The notes: generated by a model from the letters alone, not told the origin. DNA of 63,745 nucleotides, filler included, from Welwitschia mirabilis (GCA_051453625.1; 5 parts of one record of this genome joined end to end with filler, not necessarily neighbours in it); one strand, 5' to 3'. Numbered from the whole stretch's first letter, positions 37,410 through 52,600 are shown. Numbers and translations: made by a program.

Positions 37410-40400
37410 TTCATATGACTGATGTGAGAGTCAATTTGTTTCAAATATGAAAGAGTCTGATTTAGAGATGTTTCTTTTGGGGTTTCAAAAGGGGATTTCT
37501 TCGAAGGAGAAAAGATATGCATGCGAGAAAAAGTCACATGTCCAATGGGTGATAGGGGCTAAAGTGTCTTCAAAGAAGAATGCAGATTAACACAGAAATG
37601 ATGACAGATTTCAGTGATAAGCACAGAGTAGGGTAGAGCCCTAGTTCTTTGGTACTCTAACTGTGAAGCCATATTTTTCAATATTATGGCAGGAGCATCA
37701 ATAGAATGCTCAGTTCATACCAAATACATCAAATAAGCCCTATAGCTAGAGGCCTGATTAGATGGCCAGCTAAAGGAAGAAAATTATAAGTAAAGATCAA
37801 GTAAATAAAGCAATATTTTGGAGTTAACAGAGAAATAGAAATGGTGTGCTTCCAAGAATACATTTTACTGAAAATCTCTCTGGTGACTGCTGGCTTGTCT
37901 TTCATGGTATCTCTTAGAGGCCATGGAAGATCAGTCAACTCAGAAATGAGGTCAGTTATCAATGCTATCCTTCTACCTAAAACTAAGGTTTCTAAAGTCC
38001 TGGCATCATGATTAAAAGAAGCATTGCAATAAAACATTCTAGTAAGAAAAGCATATGCAAGACCTGAAACATCTAAGAAATGATTCAAATCTTGATCTCG
38101 TAAGAGTTGAATAACATATCTTAGCTTCTTAAGCTCAGATGAGGCTACAGACCACTCCTAATACACAACTTTCTTTTCAAACTTCTCATAGAACTTTTCC
38201 ATGGCTTCTTCAGACATTCCATTGAAGAAGTAAGCAGGTTCCCTTGAAGCACCTTCCTTTAGGCCTCTCTTGGAAGAGCTGGCTATCATTCTAAGACTTT
38301 TGAAGAAAAGAGACACTAAGAAAATCATTGGATCTGGCTGTAAAGCTCTCTTAATCTTGAAGAAACTCACTAGATCTAAAGGCTTAGAGGTACTAGATTA
38401 AGATGAAAACAGGTTAGGGTTCTAGTTCTTTATAGATTGAGGAAAATAGGGCAGATTTTACAAAGAAATTGGGTCCATCAACTATACTTCTTCACTGTAA
38501 TTCGTCAGGTCCGGTCGACCACTCGAACATCTAATTGACCCATCAAGATGCAGGTTTACAGTACTAGAATAAGCCTGAGTAACTGATCTTTCAGGCTGGT
38601 TGACCGATCACATCTGGTCAACCGAATCATAGATCTAGTTAACCACCCTGCAATCAGCTAAGGGACAGTGTACCAAACTCCAGATTACTTCCATCAAAGA
38701 TAAATTGATTACTAGAATTAGAGTTTACATCATATTTGATAGAAAAATATTTAATTTTATCATAATCTTTCCTAATATGTTGATTTTCATGAATTAATTG
38801 ATCAAGAGTTTTAACATCTAATTTATAAGCATTATCAACAAGTTTTACATTGAAAATAATAGCATACGTTTTTTCATTCTTAACTATACATTTAGATTTA
38901 TAAAAGATTATTCTATTCCCTTTGTCACAAAGTTTACTAACACTTAGTAATTTNNNNNNNNNNNNNNNNNNNNNNNNNNNNNNNNNNNNNNNNNNNNNNN
39001 NNNNNNNNTTGATGCTTCCTATACCTTCTATTTTTGCTATTTGGTTGTTTCCAAAAATGACTTCTCCTCCATTTATGCTCTTCAACCTCTAAAATCTTGA
39101 TTTATTTCCTATTATATGCATTAAATAACTACTATCTAGATATCAACTTTTTAATTGAGATTCTCTATAATTTATCTATCTTACAAAGCTTTGGAGATTA
39201 TTAGCTTTAACGCACTTAGTCTTATTTGACTTAGGTGGTATATTCTTCTTAGGAATAAATTTGAATGGTAAAGCATTTACATGTTCAAAAGTAAACATCA
39301 TATATCTAAATTTACAAAATAGTTTAGAATGACCAAGTCTACCATAAAAATTGTATAAGATATTGGATACATATTTACTTGTTTGGTTTACCTATTTTCA
39401 TGAAATTTGTGCTTCAAAACCAATATTTGATTTGTCTCCATTTTGCTTTCATATTTCAAGCATCTATTCCAGTTTAGATGAACTACTAGAAAACTTATTT
39501 ACAAAAAATGATAGATCATTTACTTGGGTAATTAACCTGAAGTTATCGGCTTTAAGTACTTTGCACTTCTCTTCCACTTCCTTCTTTTCTTTTATAATGG
39601 TCTTTACCATTTTGTTCAACTTATTGATTCTTTTGGTAAGCTTTTCACATTCTTTATACAACTCTTGATAGGTTTCTTTTAACTCATCTTCCTCTTCATC
39701 AATCATATCTAAGTCATCTGATATTAAACTACTAGGTACATTCTTGACAGATGATACTAGGACCATGAAAGATAATCCCTTTTCTCTATCTGACCCATGA
39801 TCTGAGTAGTTCTCTTTATCTTTATCATCTTCATTATCCCAAGTTGCCATCAATGAGGTGTTTTTAGGCTTTCTACTTTCTTTTCTAGTATTGGATCATT
39901 CGTTGGTCATATGTCTAAATCATTTACATAAATAGCACTGGATTTCCTTTCCCTTGTCTTATTCTCTTCTTTTTTTTGGATTGCTTTTCCTTGGATTCCT
40001 GCTTAGTTCTCCTTCCTTTTTCCTATAGAAAAATATTTTGAAACGTCTGTCTAGAAGAGCCACTTCATTATCGTCAAGTTCTTTATTCGATCTGTCAAAT
40101 CTATAATCCTCCTGCACATATTCCAAAGCAATACCTTTTCTTCTATCTTTAGTAAATTTAAGTTTATAGGTTTGAAGATTACCTTGAAGTTTTTCCAACA
40201 CAGTGCACTGATGTTTTTGCTTTCTTTGATGGCTGTTACCTNNNNNNNNNNNNNNNNNNNNNNNNNNNNNNNNNNNNNNNNNNNNTTAATTAATTAANNN
40301 NNNNNNNNNNNNNNNNNNNNNNNNNNNNNNNNNNNNNNNNNCCTTTAATAATGGACTTTTGTAGGCTAAGTCTCAACCTTTGAAGACCAATAGAAGTGAT

Positions 40401-41239
40401 GCAATAAAGCCTTGGTAGCTCTGATATTATTTATTTAGTATCAGTACAATGAATGAAGCTCTTCTTCAAATGAATACAATGACGACATCCTTAGATATGA
40501 TTCTGAGTGAAGTTCTTTTGCAAAGAATAGATCTTCTTAATCAAATATAAATCAATACAAAGATGTTCTAATAAAATATTCCACTTGATCTTTCAGATTC
40601 ACAATGAATATACTGGTTTAGAAAAGTGCCTAAAAGATCTCTAGGTCATCTCGTGCATAGCTATTTATAATGAAGGGTTACTAGGGTTTATTACAATTGA
40701 ATTGCAGCTCCAACAGCTATAAATAGCTAGAAAATGACTAGGTAACAACTACATAATGGATACATAACGTTTATAAGATTTAATTTTCTGTACCATCCGG
40801 TCGACCCCACAAAAATCCGGTTGACCCCATGAGAACTCAGTCGACCCCATCCTGGGTCCGCTTGACACCTTGTCTCTTACTTTAGAACTATGAACTTTCA
40901 GCTTCTCAAATCCAGTCAACCTCAAGAATATTCAGTCGATCCCTTTCCATTTGGTTTAGGGATACTGGTTCTTAGGATCATAGGTGCGATCGACCCATTC
41001 ATAATCTAGTCGACCCCTCTAGGTTTAGTACATTTCTTTGCGTCTGCTTTAGATGCGATCAACCCCTTTACGATTCGGTCAATCCCCACTAGAGCTAAAC
41101 ATAACTGAGTAGTTTCTTTTATGTATTTTGATCTAAATCTTTCACCTGCAAAACTCAATCTCATCTGCACACAATATGTAACACTTTGTACTACACCAGA
41201 GAAATTAGTTTGACATTAATTGGCAAATATAATCTAACA
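37410..41239 (-). mobile_element. Internally deleted Sirevirus: 5' LTR, PBS, gag, protease, then directly an ENV-like ORF
   Basis: LTR 40431-41239. Decayed Met PBS at 40418-40429 (minus strand TAATATCAGAGC). Gag (GNLQTYK, IQCYLCK*FRH knuckle, ATWD). Protease GEVIFGNNQIAKIEGIG..LLSVSKLCDKG (38654-39085). ENV-like YAFLTRMFYCNA..YNFLPLAGH (37729-38088). An assembly linker lies at 40242-40341. Confidence 0.8.
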
Positions 41240-42225
41240 TAATTTTCTAAAGTCTCTTATTGAATTTATTAAGAGATTTCAAACTTTCCATTTAGAGAGT
41301 CTCAAAGTTCCTCTTGGAAAAAAGAATATTTACAATTTGAATGCAATCTAAACCCTTAATTTTAAGAGTTTTCTAAATTCATTTTCATACTAATAAGTTG
41401 ATGATATTAGGCAGAATATCCTCATATACCTTCTCCAAGAGTTCATGATGCTATAAATTTGTTATTCCTATTGTTTAATATCATTTTCTATGTAATAACA
41501 TCTTGATAAATGTTGGAGGATCCTTTTAATTTACAAACATATTCTAAATTATCTCAAGAAAATCTTGATTTTTGAACACTCTTAGCATGTGTTCTAGTAA
41601 ACAAACAAAATTTCTAATAGGGAAGAGTCCTAAAATATTCAATCTGATTCTCATGAATTACTTGTCATTACTTTATATCATCAAGAACTTCTAAACACTA
41701 GCTTTGGTACCACTTGTTATAAATGATATAGCTCTAATACCACTTGTTATTATAATTTATATGTTGTACTACTAAAATACACATAGTATAATGTTCTTGA
41801 AGAACAATTAAAAAATAAAAAGAATTATAAAAAGATAAAGATGTACAAGAGGTTATACACTTTATGTAATTATATTTTATCTCTAAACTAGATGAATGCA
41901 TGTCTATCCCTAAAGGTTTTATATAAGATTATCATAGGAATAAAATCCAAATAACATTAATGCTAAAAATAGAAAATCTACTAGAATAACTTTAATAGAG
42001 TTGGACTTAAGTTAGCACATAACTTTGTTTTTAATGAATACTAAACTCAGACATAACATAACATGACTCTATAAATATATTTATCTCTTAAATAAGAAAC
42101 TCATAACTAATAAGTAACTAATACATGATAATAAACTATAGATATATGACTCATGTCTAAATATATAACTCTAAGAAGTACTAGTAAACTATAATTGCTT
42201 CGAGTGGTGAACTAGTTCTATAACA
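41240..42225 (-). mobile_element. Ty1/copia 5' end (LTR, PBS, start of gag) interrupted by the Sirevirus
   Basis: LTR 41745-42225 with TGTTAT..ATAACA inverted ends. Met PBS-like GCTCTAATACCA at 41731-41742. UBN2-type gag KRNFETL*MESLKS on the minus strand at ~41275-41315. Confidence 0.65.
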
Positions 42226-42259
42226 AATGAGAGTTTCCTTGTAGTAATATTTTTCTTTA

Positions 42260-42620
42260 AAGAATATCATCCTTATCATCTTGATTAAAAATTTATTATA
42301 TTTATCAATCATGCTATCTATAGGTATCTTCTAGATAAAACATCTACTAATTCATATTTAACTAAATTATTTCACTCATTACAAAAATTTAATGTAGAAA
42401 TTAAGAATTAGAAAAGAGTTAAAATCATAGTTGCTAATCACCTTTCTCATCATTTATTTATAAATGATTTATTTATATCCATTAATGTTTCTTTTTCCTA
42501 TGAGCAACTTTATGCACGTTCTTTATATCCTTTATATGATTCGTACACTAATCACATTTGCAACCAAATTTTTCTTTCTAGTCTTACTCTAAAAGAAATA
42601 TTAGATGAGTCATTAATAAG
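42260..42620 (+). mobile_element. Degraded Ty3/gypsy RNase H-integrase junction remnant
   Basis: EIKN*KRVKIIVANHLSH and F.YEQL resemble EIRDKKG.EN.VADHLSR..FPDEQL. Confidence 0.45.
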
Positions 42621-43633
42621 ATACATAATAATATTAACATATTTAATCTAAAATGATTTATTACCATGATTCTAGCATGCTCTACTAAGGTTAGATCGCA
42701 TCCCTCTATCACTGCATTTTGTTGGGCCATTTTAAGATTGGTATTAATTCGTATAAGACAATGTTACTTGTAAAAAATTATAAATGACATGTGAGGTGTG
42801 TTCACCTCCATTATCTAGGAGGAGCTTCTTAAATTTTAATCCTATCTAGTTTTCTACTTGAAAACCAAATTATTTGAAAAAATCAAGTGGTATATCTTTT
42901 AACTTAATACAACAAGCATAAATTCAATGGTTAAAATCATCAATGAATATGATAAAATATTGTGAATCAATAATAGAGCAAGGATTTATAGGTCTAACAA
43001 CATTAGAAAGGATGGGTTTCAATTTACTTTTGCCTTCTAAGATGTTTATTTCTTTGGAAATTATCTATACATGACTTTCTTATTTTATAATTCTTATAGT
43101 AATCAACTGATAAAAATAGACAAAGGAATAAGAGTTTTAGATTGAAGTACTTTAGTAATGTTTATCTAATATTCCCAAAACTTATATACCAAATTTGGAA
43201 TTTTTTTGTAATAGTAGTAACCTCTAGTTATGTTATACCAATAACAGCATGTAGAATATACACAAAATCTTATCTAGTTTCTTTTTGAATAGTTGTAATG
43301 ACCTTTCTGATCTTTCATGTATGATTAAAAAATGCACGCTTACATTATAGCTTATCAAAGTATCTAATATATAGTATATTCTTAGCGATTTATGATTGTT
43401 ATTAGTTATTAATCTTATTGTTTCAATTAAATAGTGACTTGAATTTTATTATACATAACACGAACTACTTCAGAAAATCATGCTTCAAAGGAAATAAAGC
43501 ATTTAGCATTTGAAAAAGTATAAAAATAAGTATATTCATCTATTTTATTTGAGCTACTAGGTTATTGTAGATTCTTCCCAATTGCATATTTTTTCATTTT
43601 AGCTCTTAAAAGATAATGATCGTTTTTCAAATA

Positions 43634-46600
43634 TGTTATGATGCTAATTTATAGGATTTTAATGTGATATTTTGAGTACTTTTGCAAGAAATTTATACAG
43701 GATTAGATGCAATTTTGATAATTATGAAGAATTGATAAGATGATCACGAAAACATGTAATTATTAGCATATTTGGAGGCATGTTAGGATTATTTTGATAC
43801 TTCATACCTTCAAGAAAAGATTAATAATGCAAAAGATTAATTTCCCTTAAGCTAGAAAAATAAAGAGGCCTATCATACCCTCTGTTATCCTCAAAACAGC
43901 CAAGATGACAGTACTGCTGATATGGACTGAAGTTGTGGGTTGACTGCAGGGCTTCAAGCTGATGGATCACCTCTTGTTGCGAAGTATCGTCCCCAGTGTC
44001 ATCTTCATGACAGTCAAGATGATAACTATTTTGTATGAATGGAAAGACTTATCTTTGTAATAGAATCATGTGGCCCATGTGGGTTGCTAGGGTTTCTTCT
44101 CTGGCTTTTAGGGTTTTGCTTCTATAACTTCAATGTAAAACTATAAATACCCCCCTTTGCCTTAACTTCCATTTTTATCTTTTGTACTGGATATTCTTAT
44201 GATGGATGATTGAAGGATAAAAGATCCATCTATTAACTACAAAGAGAAGATCTCCTTTGTGTTGGGTTGAGTATCCTCCATTGAGGTGATTCTACTTTGT
44301 TGTAAATAAATCTTAAATTAATGATTAATTCAAGAACTCTTTTCACTTTTATTGTGTAAATCTCTCTTATGGTTTAAGTCAATTATGATTTGGTGACAAC
44401 TTCATAGTTTATCTAAATCATAAGGTCAATATTTGTTAAGGTTGACATTGTTAGTTTAGATCTTGAACTGCATTTCATTTTATTCCATTTTCATATTTGC
44501 ATTATTCATATTTTGTTTGACATATCTTCTAGCTCATGTTGGTTAGGAATAAGTAATAAACTCTTTTTAATTGATCTAAGTTATAAGGGCTAATTCTTAT
44601 AACAAGAGGATTGGAATTCAAATAAAATCATTACACCTGCATTTCATCCATTTGCATTTCATCATTATTCATCTTACATTGCATTTGCATTATTCTTTAT
44701 TTTCATTTACTAAAGAAAAAACTAAAAAACTTTGTAAAATCAATTCTNNNNNNNNNNNNNNNNNNNNNNNNNNNNNNNNNNNNNNNNNNNNNNNNNNNNN
44801 NNNNNNNNNNNNNNNNNNNNNNNNNNNNNNNNNNNNNNNNNNNNNNNNNNNNNNNNNNNNNNNNNNNNNNNNNNNNNNNNNNNNNNNNNNNNNNNNNNNN
44901 NNNNNNNNNNNNNNNNNNNNNNNNNNNNNNNNNNNNNNNNNNNNNNNNNNNNNNNNNNNNNNNNNNNNNNNNNNNNNNNNNNNNNNNNNNNNNNNNNNNN
45001 NNNNNNNNNNNNNNNNNNNNNNNNNNNNNNNTTTTTATAAATTTTCTTTTTTTTGCTAGCAATAATAAAATACTGTCATCCTCTGTTTCGTCTCCATGAA
45101 AAGATGAACAACAACCTATTTTCCTAGTTATAGTAATTTTTCTCTGATTTCAACAATTCTCTATTATAGTGATCATCATTCCTCTTGTTATCTCCATGAC
45201 TAGGTGGACGACTGTTAGTTGTTTCTCATTTTGGTTTTTATTATCTGTCTGAAGTATGTAGGGAGATGATGAATTCTGGTAAAAAGATGAAATATCAGAG
45301 AGAGTAAAACTTGATTAAAAAATATCAAAGAAGGGTTATTTAACTTCAAGCAAAATCTAGGTGCACACATACAAGTACATAAATTCCAAGAATTAAAGAA
45401 GAGGATTTTTCTTATTTTATTACTTTAGAATCAAATTTTGCAAAAGAAAATTGTGAAAATAATAGCATAGAAGTATATCATGTTATTTATTTTTCATCTA
45501 TGTTGAAATCATTACAAAAATAAAAACAAGTCACTTCATCTAGTACATCAATGACGATAGGAACTTCAGCTTCAAATGTAAATGCTACACTTAAAGATTT
45601 AATTGCTAATAGAAAATGTGAAATCTAAAATCTTTTCAATTTACCTATTAGTAATGATTAGAATTAAGAAACTTGAGTGCCTATCCAAAATTTTTAGGGA
45701 AACCTGAAGAGGACCCTTTTCAACATCTAATCGACATTGAACAACTTGTACTACCTTAGGAAATGAAAAGAAATGCATTAGTTATTATACTTACATGATT
45801 ATCTTTCTAGTCACACTCAAAGGAAAGGCAAAACTTTGGCTTAAAACCATTTCACACAAGAGTCTTAAATCATGGAGTCAAGTGCAAGAAGTTTTTATTA
45901 AAATATTTTAAGTGAAAGTACCATGATAAAAAGAAGAAAGGAAGTTACCAACTTCCAATAACAACCTCATGAGGTTTATGCCATAACTTATAAGTGTTTT
46001 ATTATAGTTATCCATTCCAATCCTATTGATAAATTCCATAAAGAATAATTGATATATTATTTCTACAGTGGATTAACTAGTCAAACTAAAGAACTTATAG
46101 ACTTTTCTTATGGTGGCAACTTGATAAACTTAATTTTAGATGATGCATGGAATGTATTGGAAAATCTAGTAGAGATAAGTCAAAATTGGTCAAAACACAC
46201 TTCTAAGGAAAATCAAACTATAGGCCAAATCATAAAAGATTTAAAAGAAGTAGAGCATGATAAAGAAGAATAGAAAAGTAATTCAACCAACATAATTAAG
46301 GATTTCGCTACCACTTTAGAGAAGTACACTCAAATGATAGTTGATGCAAAGATAGTAACAGGTGAAAACATAACTTCGACATGTGATTTTTGTGAAGACA
46401 ACTCTCATAAAACTAAAGAGTGTTATTTGTTATCAACTTATAAAGAAGGATGTTTGAGGAAGTATGTGCATTCAATCAAAGAACACCAAACTTTAAAAGC
46501 CAACCACAATTTCAATAAAGATTAGGTGATCAATCACATTGAAAACCTTTTGATAATAGATTCATGAATTCAAAATTCCAACCAAATAATCCCAACCTTT

Positions 46601-49600
46601 AACCAAATCAAACTAATCCATTTAGATATTCCATAGAATAATTGAAAAAGATGTAAAAAAGAACTAACAATAATATTAAAAACTTAGTGAATGTGCTTCA
46701 ATAAACAATGCTTGCTAATCAAACACCACAAGGGTCTCTCACATCTTAACTATTACTCAACCTAAATAAAGTCAAGAGAGATTTGAAGGTAGTAACAATA
46801 AGTGGAAATGATACAAAACTTGCTATCCATGAGGTTTGAACTTTCAAAAATAATGAAGAAATATGATGTAGAAATTTTGGACACATACAAGTTCCCTTTA
46901 ACATCAAATGCTAAGCCTACTACTAAAAGTTCTTTATAAGAAAACAAATGGAAGAAACCATCTACTTCTTATCTGGATAGGTTAAACATGAATCCTACCT
47001 ATGATGAGTACTTGAAGGCCTTAATGTAAGAGGTAAACATCAACTTATCTTTTTAGAAACTATTACAAAAAAATCCTAAATATTCTAAGTTATGAAAAGA
47101 ACTAGTAAAAAGAAAACAAATATGTATAATTCCTAGTAAGGTCTTCCTTACTTAATCTATTTTCAACTTAGTCATGAAAAAGTATCCTAAATTCAAGGGC
47201 CCTAGGGCAATAATAGTGAATGTTACCTTAGAAGAAAACAAAAGAATTTGAAAAGCTTTGATTAACATAGGAGCCAGTGTAAACATCATATCTCTTCACA
47301 TATGTAAAAGACTCGATTTAGAAAATAAAGTAGAACCTACATGAATCATCTTGGAGTTGGTTAATACTTCAATTAAGAAACCCTTAGGGATTATTAAGGA
47401 CTTAGTTATCCAAAGAGAATAATCTTTCTACCCCATATATGTAGTCATCATTGAGGTAGAATATAATGGAGGTTATCCACTACTCTTAGGAAGAGCCTTT
47501 TGTGCAACTGCCTACTTTATCATTACATGGACGAGAATGATGGAATGTCATACAGGTAATAAGAAGTTCACCATTCAAGTTTTTGATGGTTTTGAAAAAG
47601 AAATACGAGATGAATACAACTTAGAAGAAGAACTTAAACCAACCTTATTTTTATAGCATCACCCAACTGAGGAGAAATTGATAATGCTACGTAAACCAAC
47701 TTTATATGATGACCTAATTAAAATACACTGTCTTGAATATGAGGATGAGGAATTTTTTAATTGGTAGAACATCCAATGTGTTTGCTTAATGGAAAACCTT
47801 TTTAAAGGGCTTTTTCCCTTAAAGTTATCCCCATGACATACCAAGATGATAGTCATTGATGGTAATTCAGTACCCATACTTAAAAAATTTCAACTTAGAA
47901 CTGAAAAAGTTTTCCAAAGGTCTAAAATACATTTTTATATCTAACAATCCAAAGAAACCTTTGATAATAAGTAACCTTCTTACTCTTCAACAAGAATCCA
48001 ACTTGATCTTACTTTTGACTTCTAAAGAAGATGCTTTTGCTTATACCCATAAAGACTTAGCTATCAATCCTTTTTTCATAGTCCAACATAAAATCTACCT
48101 TGAGGATAATGCTAAACCTATTAGGTAACCCCAATTAATGCTTAACCCATCCCTTATGCAGGTATTTAAAGATTAAATTATTAAACTTATGAATGCTAGG
48201 ATTATCTATGCTATAGCCGATAGTAAGTGAGTTAGGCCTTTAATAGTAGTTCCAAGAAAGGGTGGGAAATGAAGAATGTTCATTGATTTTGGAAAACTTA
48301 ATGAGGTCATCAAGAAGGAGCATTACCCTTTACCCTTTCTTAATAAACTGCTTGATATAATCCAAGGACATGCCTACTANNNNNNNNNNNNNNNNNNNNN
48401 NNNNNNNNNNNNNNNNNNNNNNNNNNNNNNNNNNNNNNNNNNNNNNNNNNNNNNNNNNNNNNNNNNNNNNNNNNNNNNNTCTTAATAAACTGCTTGATAT
48501 AATCCAAGGACATGCCTACTATTGTTTTCTCGATGGGTATAGTGGCTACAATTAAGTTTTCATAGCAAGTGAAGATAAAAAAACAACAACTTTTACCTCT
48601 TCCTTTAGAACCTTTGGCTTTAAAAAGAATGTCTTTTGGACTTTACAATACCCCTAGGACTTTTCAATAAGCAATGATGGGTATTTTTCCTAACATGATC
48701 GAGGATTCTATTGAAATCTTTATGGATGACTTCNNNNNNNNNNNNNNNNNNNNNNNNNNNNNNNNNNNNNNNNNNNNNNNNNNNNNNNNNNNNNNNNNNN
48801 NNNNNNNNNNNNNNNNNNNNNNNNNNNNNNNNNCATATTTGGTGAAACTTTTAAATAAATTACAGAAAGATTAGATAAAGTCTTGGATCAATTTATAGAG
48901 AGTGGACTATACTTGAGCTGAGGAAAACGTTTCCTCCTTGTCAATAATGAAATTGTTTTAGGTCACCACATTTCTAATGAAGGGATGAAGATGAACCCTA
49001 CAAAAGTTGATATCATTAAAATCTTAACCCTTTAACTAATATCAAATAAGTTAGATCATTCTTTGGTCATGCTGGTTTCTATTATTGTTTTATTCATGAT
49101 TATGCTAAAGTTTGTAAACCTCTTCACTCATTACTTAAACAAGAAGCTAAATTTAATTGGGACAATTCATGTCAATCTACTTTTGATACACTTAAGAATA
49201 AAATTTCTTTTGAACCTATTATCATGGTTCCCAATTGGGCTAAATATTTTTGACTCATGTGTAACACAAGCAACATTGTTGTGGATGGGGTTTTTGGCCA
49301 AAAATATGAAAATAGTCTTAAAGTCATATCCTATCTTAGTAAAACTTTGTTCAAAGCCCAATCTAACTATACTACTACTAAAAGAGAAATGCTTACCATT
49401 ATCTTTTGCCTTGATCATCTTAGACACTATCTTCTTAGCTTTCATACCAATGTTTAGACAGACCATGCAGCCATATGCTATCTTATGACAAAGAAAGATT
49501 CTANNNNNNNNNNNNNNNNNNNNNNNNNNNNNNNNNNNNNNNNNNNNNNNNNNNNNNNNNNNNNNNNNNNNNNNNNNNNNNNNNNNNNNNNNNNNNNNNN

Positions 49601-52600
49601 NNNNNNNNNNNNNNNNNNNNNNNNNNNNNNNNNNNNNNNNNNNNNNNNNNNNNNNNNNNNNNNNNTTGTTGAACAATTTTACGCCATCTCTTTTACTCAT
49701 CTTGCTCCTTGGTATGCTGATATTTTGAACTACCTCATTACCATGAAAAAACCTCAGCATTAGAGTCATAACCAATAAAAGTCTTTTTTCCATAGGATTA
49801 GTGACTATGAGTGGAATGAACCCAATCTTTACCAAAGATGTAAAGACCAAATCATGCATAAATGTGTGTCTGAATGGGAAAGCCTAGAGATCTTTAACCT
49901 TTACCATTGTGAGGTATGTGAAACACTTTAGTGACCAAAAGGCTACAATGAAAATTTTTCATTCTAGTTTCTATTGGCCTATCCTTTTTAGATACTCTTT
50001 TGACTTTGCTAAAAGGTGTGATGCTTGTCAACTTTCTATAGCCTAACTCATTCTCAAGATATACTTCTTAAACCTATGCTTTAATGTGAACCTNNNNNNN
50101 NNNNNNNNNNNNNNNNNNNNNNNNNNNNNNNNNNNNNNNNNNNNNNNNNNNNNNNNNNNNNNNNNNNNNNNNNNNNNNNNNNNNNNNNNNNNNTTGATTA
50201 TTAGGGGATTGACTTTATAAGCTCTATTAAACCACCTTCTCATGATAAAAATTACATCCTAGTGGTCATTCATTATGTTATCAAGTGGATCAAAGTTGTT
50301 CCTACTACCAAGAATAATGTTCGATCTATTTGCAATTTTTTTTAACTCATATCTTTCAATGTTTTAGTTTTCCTAAAATAATCATTAGCAATCAAGGAAT
50401 TCATTTTATTAATCACCTTTTTCGGANNNNNNNNNNNNNNNNNNNNNNNNNNNNNNNNNNNNNNNNNNNNNNNNNNNNNNNNNNNNNNNNNNNNNNNNNN
50501 NNNNNNNNNNNNNNNNNNNNNNNNNNAATCAAGGAATTCATTTTATTAATCACCTTTTTCGGAAACTTCTTTTATCCATTGGAATTAAACATAGAATTGC
50601 ATGTGCTTATCATCCACAAGATAATAGCCAAGCTAAAAATGCAAATAGAGAAATTAAAAAAAAGCTCCAAAATTAGTCTTGGTCAATAAGAGAACTTGGT
50701 CATCTAAACTTAACGATGTTCTTTGGGCTTACCGTACTACTTAGTGAAACTCTCAAGATTTTTCATTGTATAAACTTATGTATAGAAAGGCTTGTGTCTT
50801 TCTAGTTGATGTTTGCTATAACTCCTATCGATCCATCCATCAACTTAATATTGTAAAATTGAACAAAAATCTTAAGACTCGATTAGCCTAACTTGAGCAT
50901 TTAGATGAAAAGTATATTCATGTTATGCATCATCAACTCATTCATAAAGCCCAGGCTAAGTTCAAACATGATAAAAAGATTCTCCATAAGTAATTTAAAC
51001 TTGGTTAACTCGTCCTTTTATATAATACTTGAGTAAACTTTTTACATAATAAGTTAACCTCTAAATGGTTAGGTCCTTATCTTATAGAAAAAGTGCATTT
51101 CAATGGCTGAATTAAAATCTCTGATCCAAACACTAAAGAAATTCAAAATTTTAATGGACAAAGGTTAAAAATTTATGATTCATCTATTGGTAAAACCTTA
51201 AACATGATAGAAGTACTTGAATTGGATGCCTCTTTCAATGAGGAGGACTTCCCTCCTGCCATTGTCTAAATTCCTTCTTAACTAATTCCTTGAGTAGACA
51301 TCATGCTATCACTTGAACATCTTTAACTTGACTTATGTATTACTTTATGAAGTTACCATGATTAGTAATCNNNNNNTTTGGCATTTTAAAATGATAAAAT
51401 TGGATTCACCTGATTTTAAGACATTTTTATGTCTATAAACTTTATTTAGAAATAAAATTCCTTGGTTCTTTTATTCTCTAATGATATGAGTATTTAGTTA
51501 TTTTTGCATGCTTTTACTTTTTTCTTATATCATTACTTTAGTTTTATTCCTACAAGCACTTGATCATGTGGAATTTTTCATTAAAAAAAAGAGAAAAAAA
51601 TGAAAAGAAAAGAAAATAAATAAATAATAATCATGATATTTCGTATCTGAGCTAAAACCATGATCACCATGATGTCCTACTGGAAGTGCACCACGGTAAA
51701 TTTTTCCAAGAGATGCCTTTAGCAATGTGATATGATAGCTGTGGAAACTCCACTAGGGATTTAGTTGGTTATGCTATGCATGTCCTTACTCCTTTGATAG
51801 TGGTTTCACTCCCTCATCATAGCAAAATAATTTTTACTTAGAGGCTATAGGACCAGTGATGTTTTTGGTGTCATCAGAGGCATTTCTTTCTTTTTAGATT
51901 TATTTTTCATATAGTACTTTAACATGATCATTCTACTTTTTTGGATTCTAGTGTTATTTTGATGTATGGGAGAGTGAGTTCATGTTTAAGTAAATTTTGA
52001 TCTTATCATTCATTATTTGAAAACATTAGACATACTTGACATTGAAATAGTCATTGCCTATTTGAATGATACTTTATTAGTTTTTACATATTGTCATGCA
52101 TTTTTTATCAGGTGATTTTATCATTTTTATAAATGGAATTTGTTATGTTAGAATTTAGGATAGGTAAAACAATCTTCTTTATGTTCATAGTTGTCCATTT
52201 TTACTTTTGTTTTTCTTTAGCTATTTTATTGGGTTCTTCAAAGTTATTTTCGTACTTTTTCAACATAATATTTTGGATCTGATCCTTTAATATTTTCCTG
52301 TTGATATTACTCACAGTTTTTATCAATGGTTTTTTTTTTTGACAAGTAACAATGATACTTTTTCTTTTTAGGTTTAGTTTCTTACTTCTCTATGCTTATT
52401 GAGTTTGGGCACATTTGAAGAATTCTTCTGAGCATTGTTTTTTCTACTTAGTGCATTATTATGGTCCCATCCTTTTCTCTTTGAGTTCTTTCCACATAAG
52501 TTCCTTTTCATCATAAGCATGATTTATAAGGATGATTCTTTACTCTTTATCATCTCCCTGATTTTTTAATGGTTGATTATTATTTCCTTTACTTTCAGAA

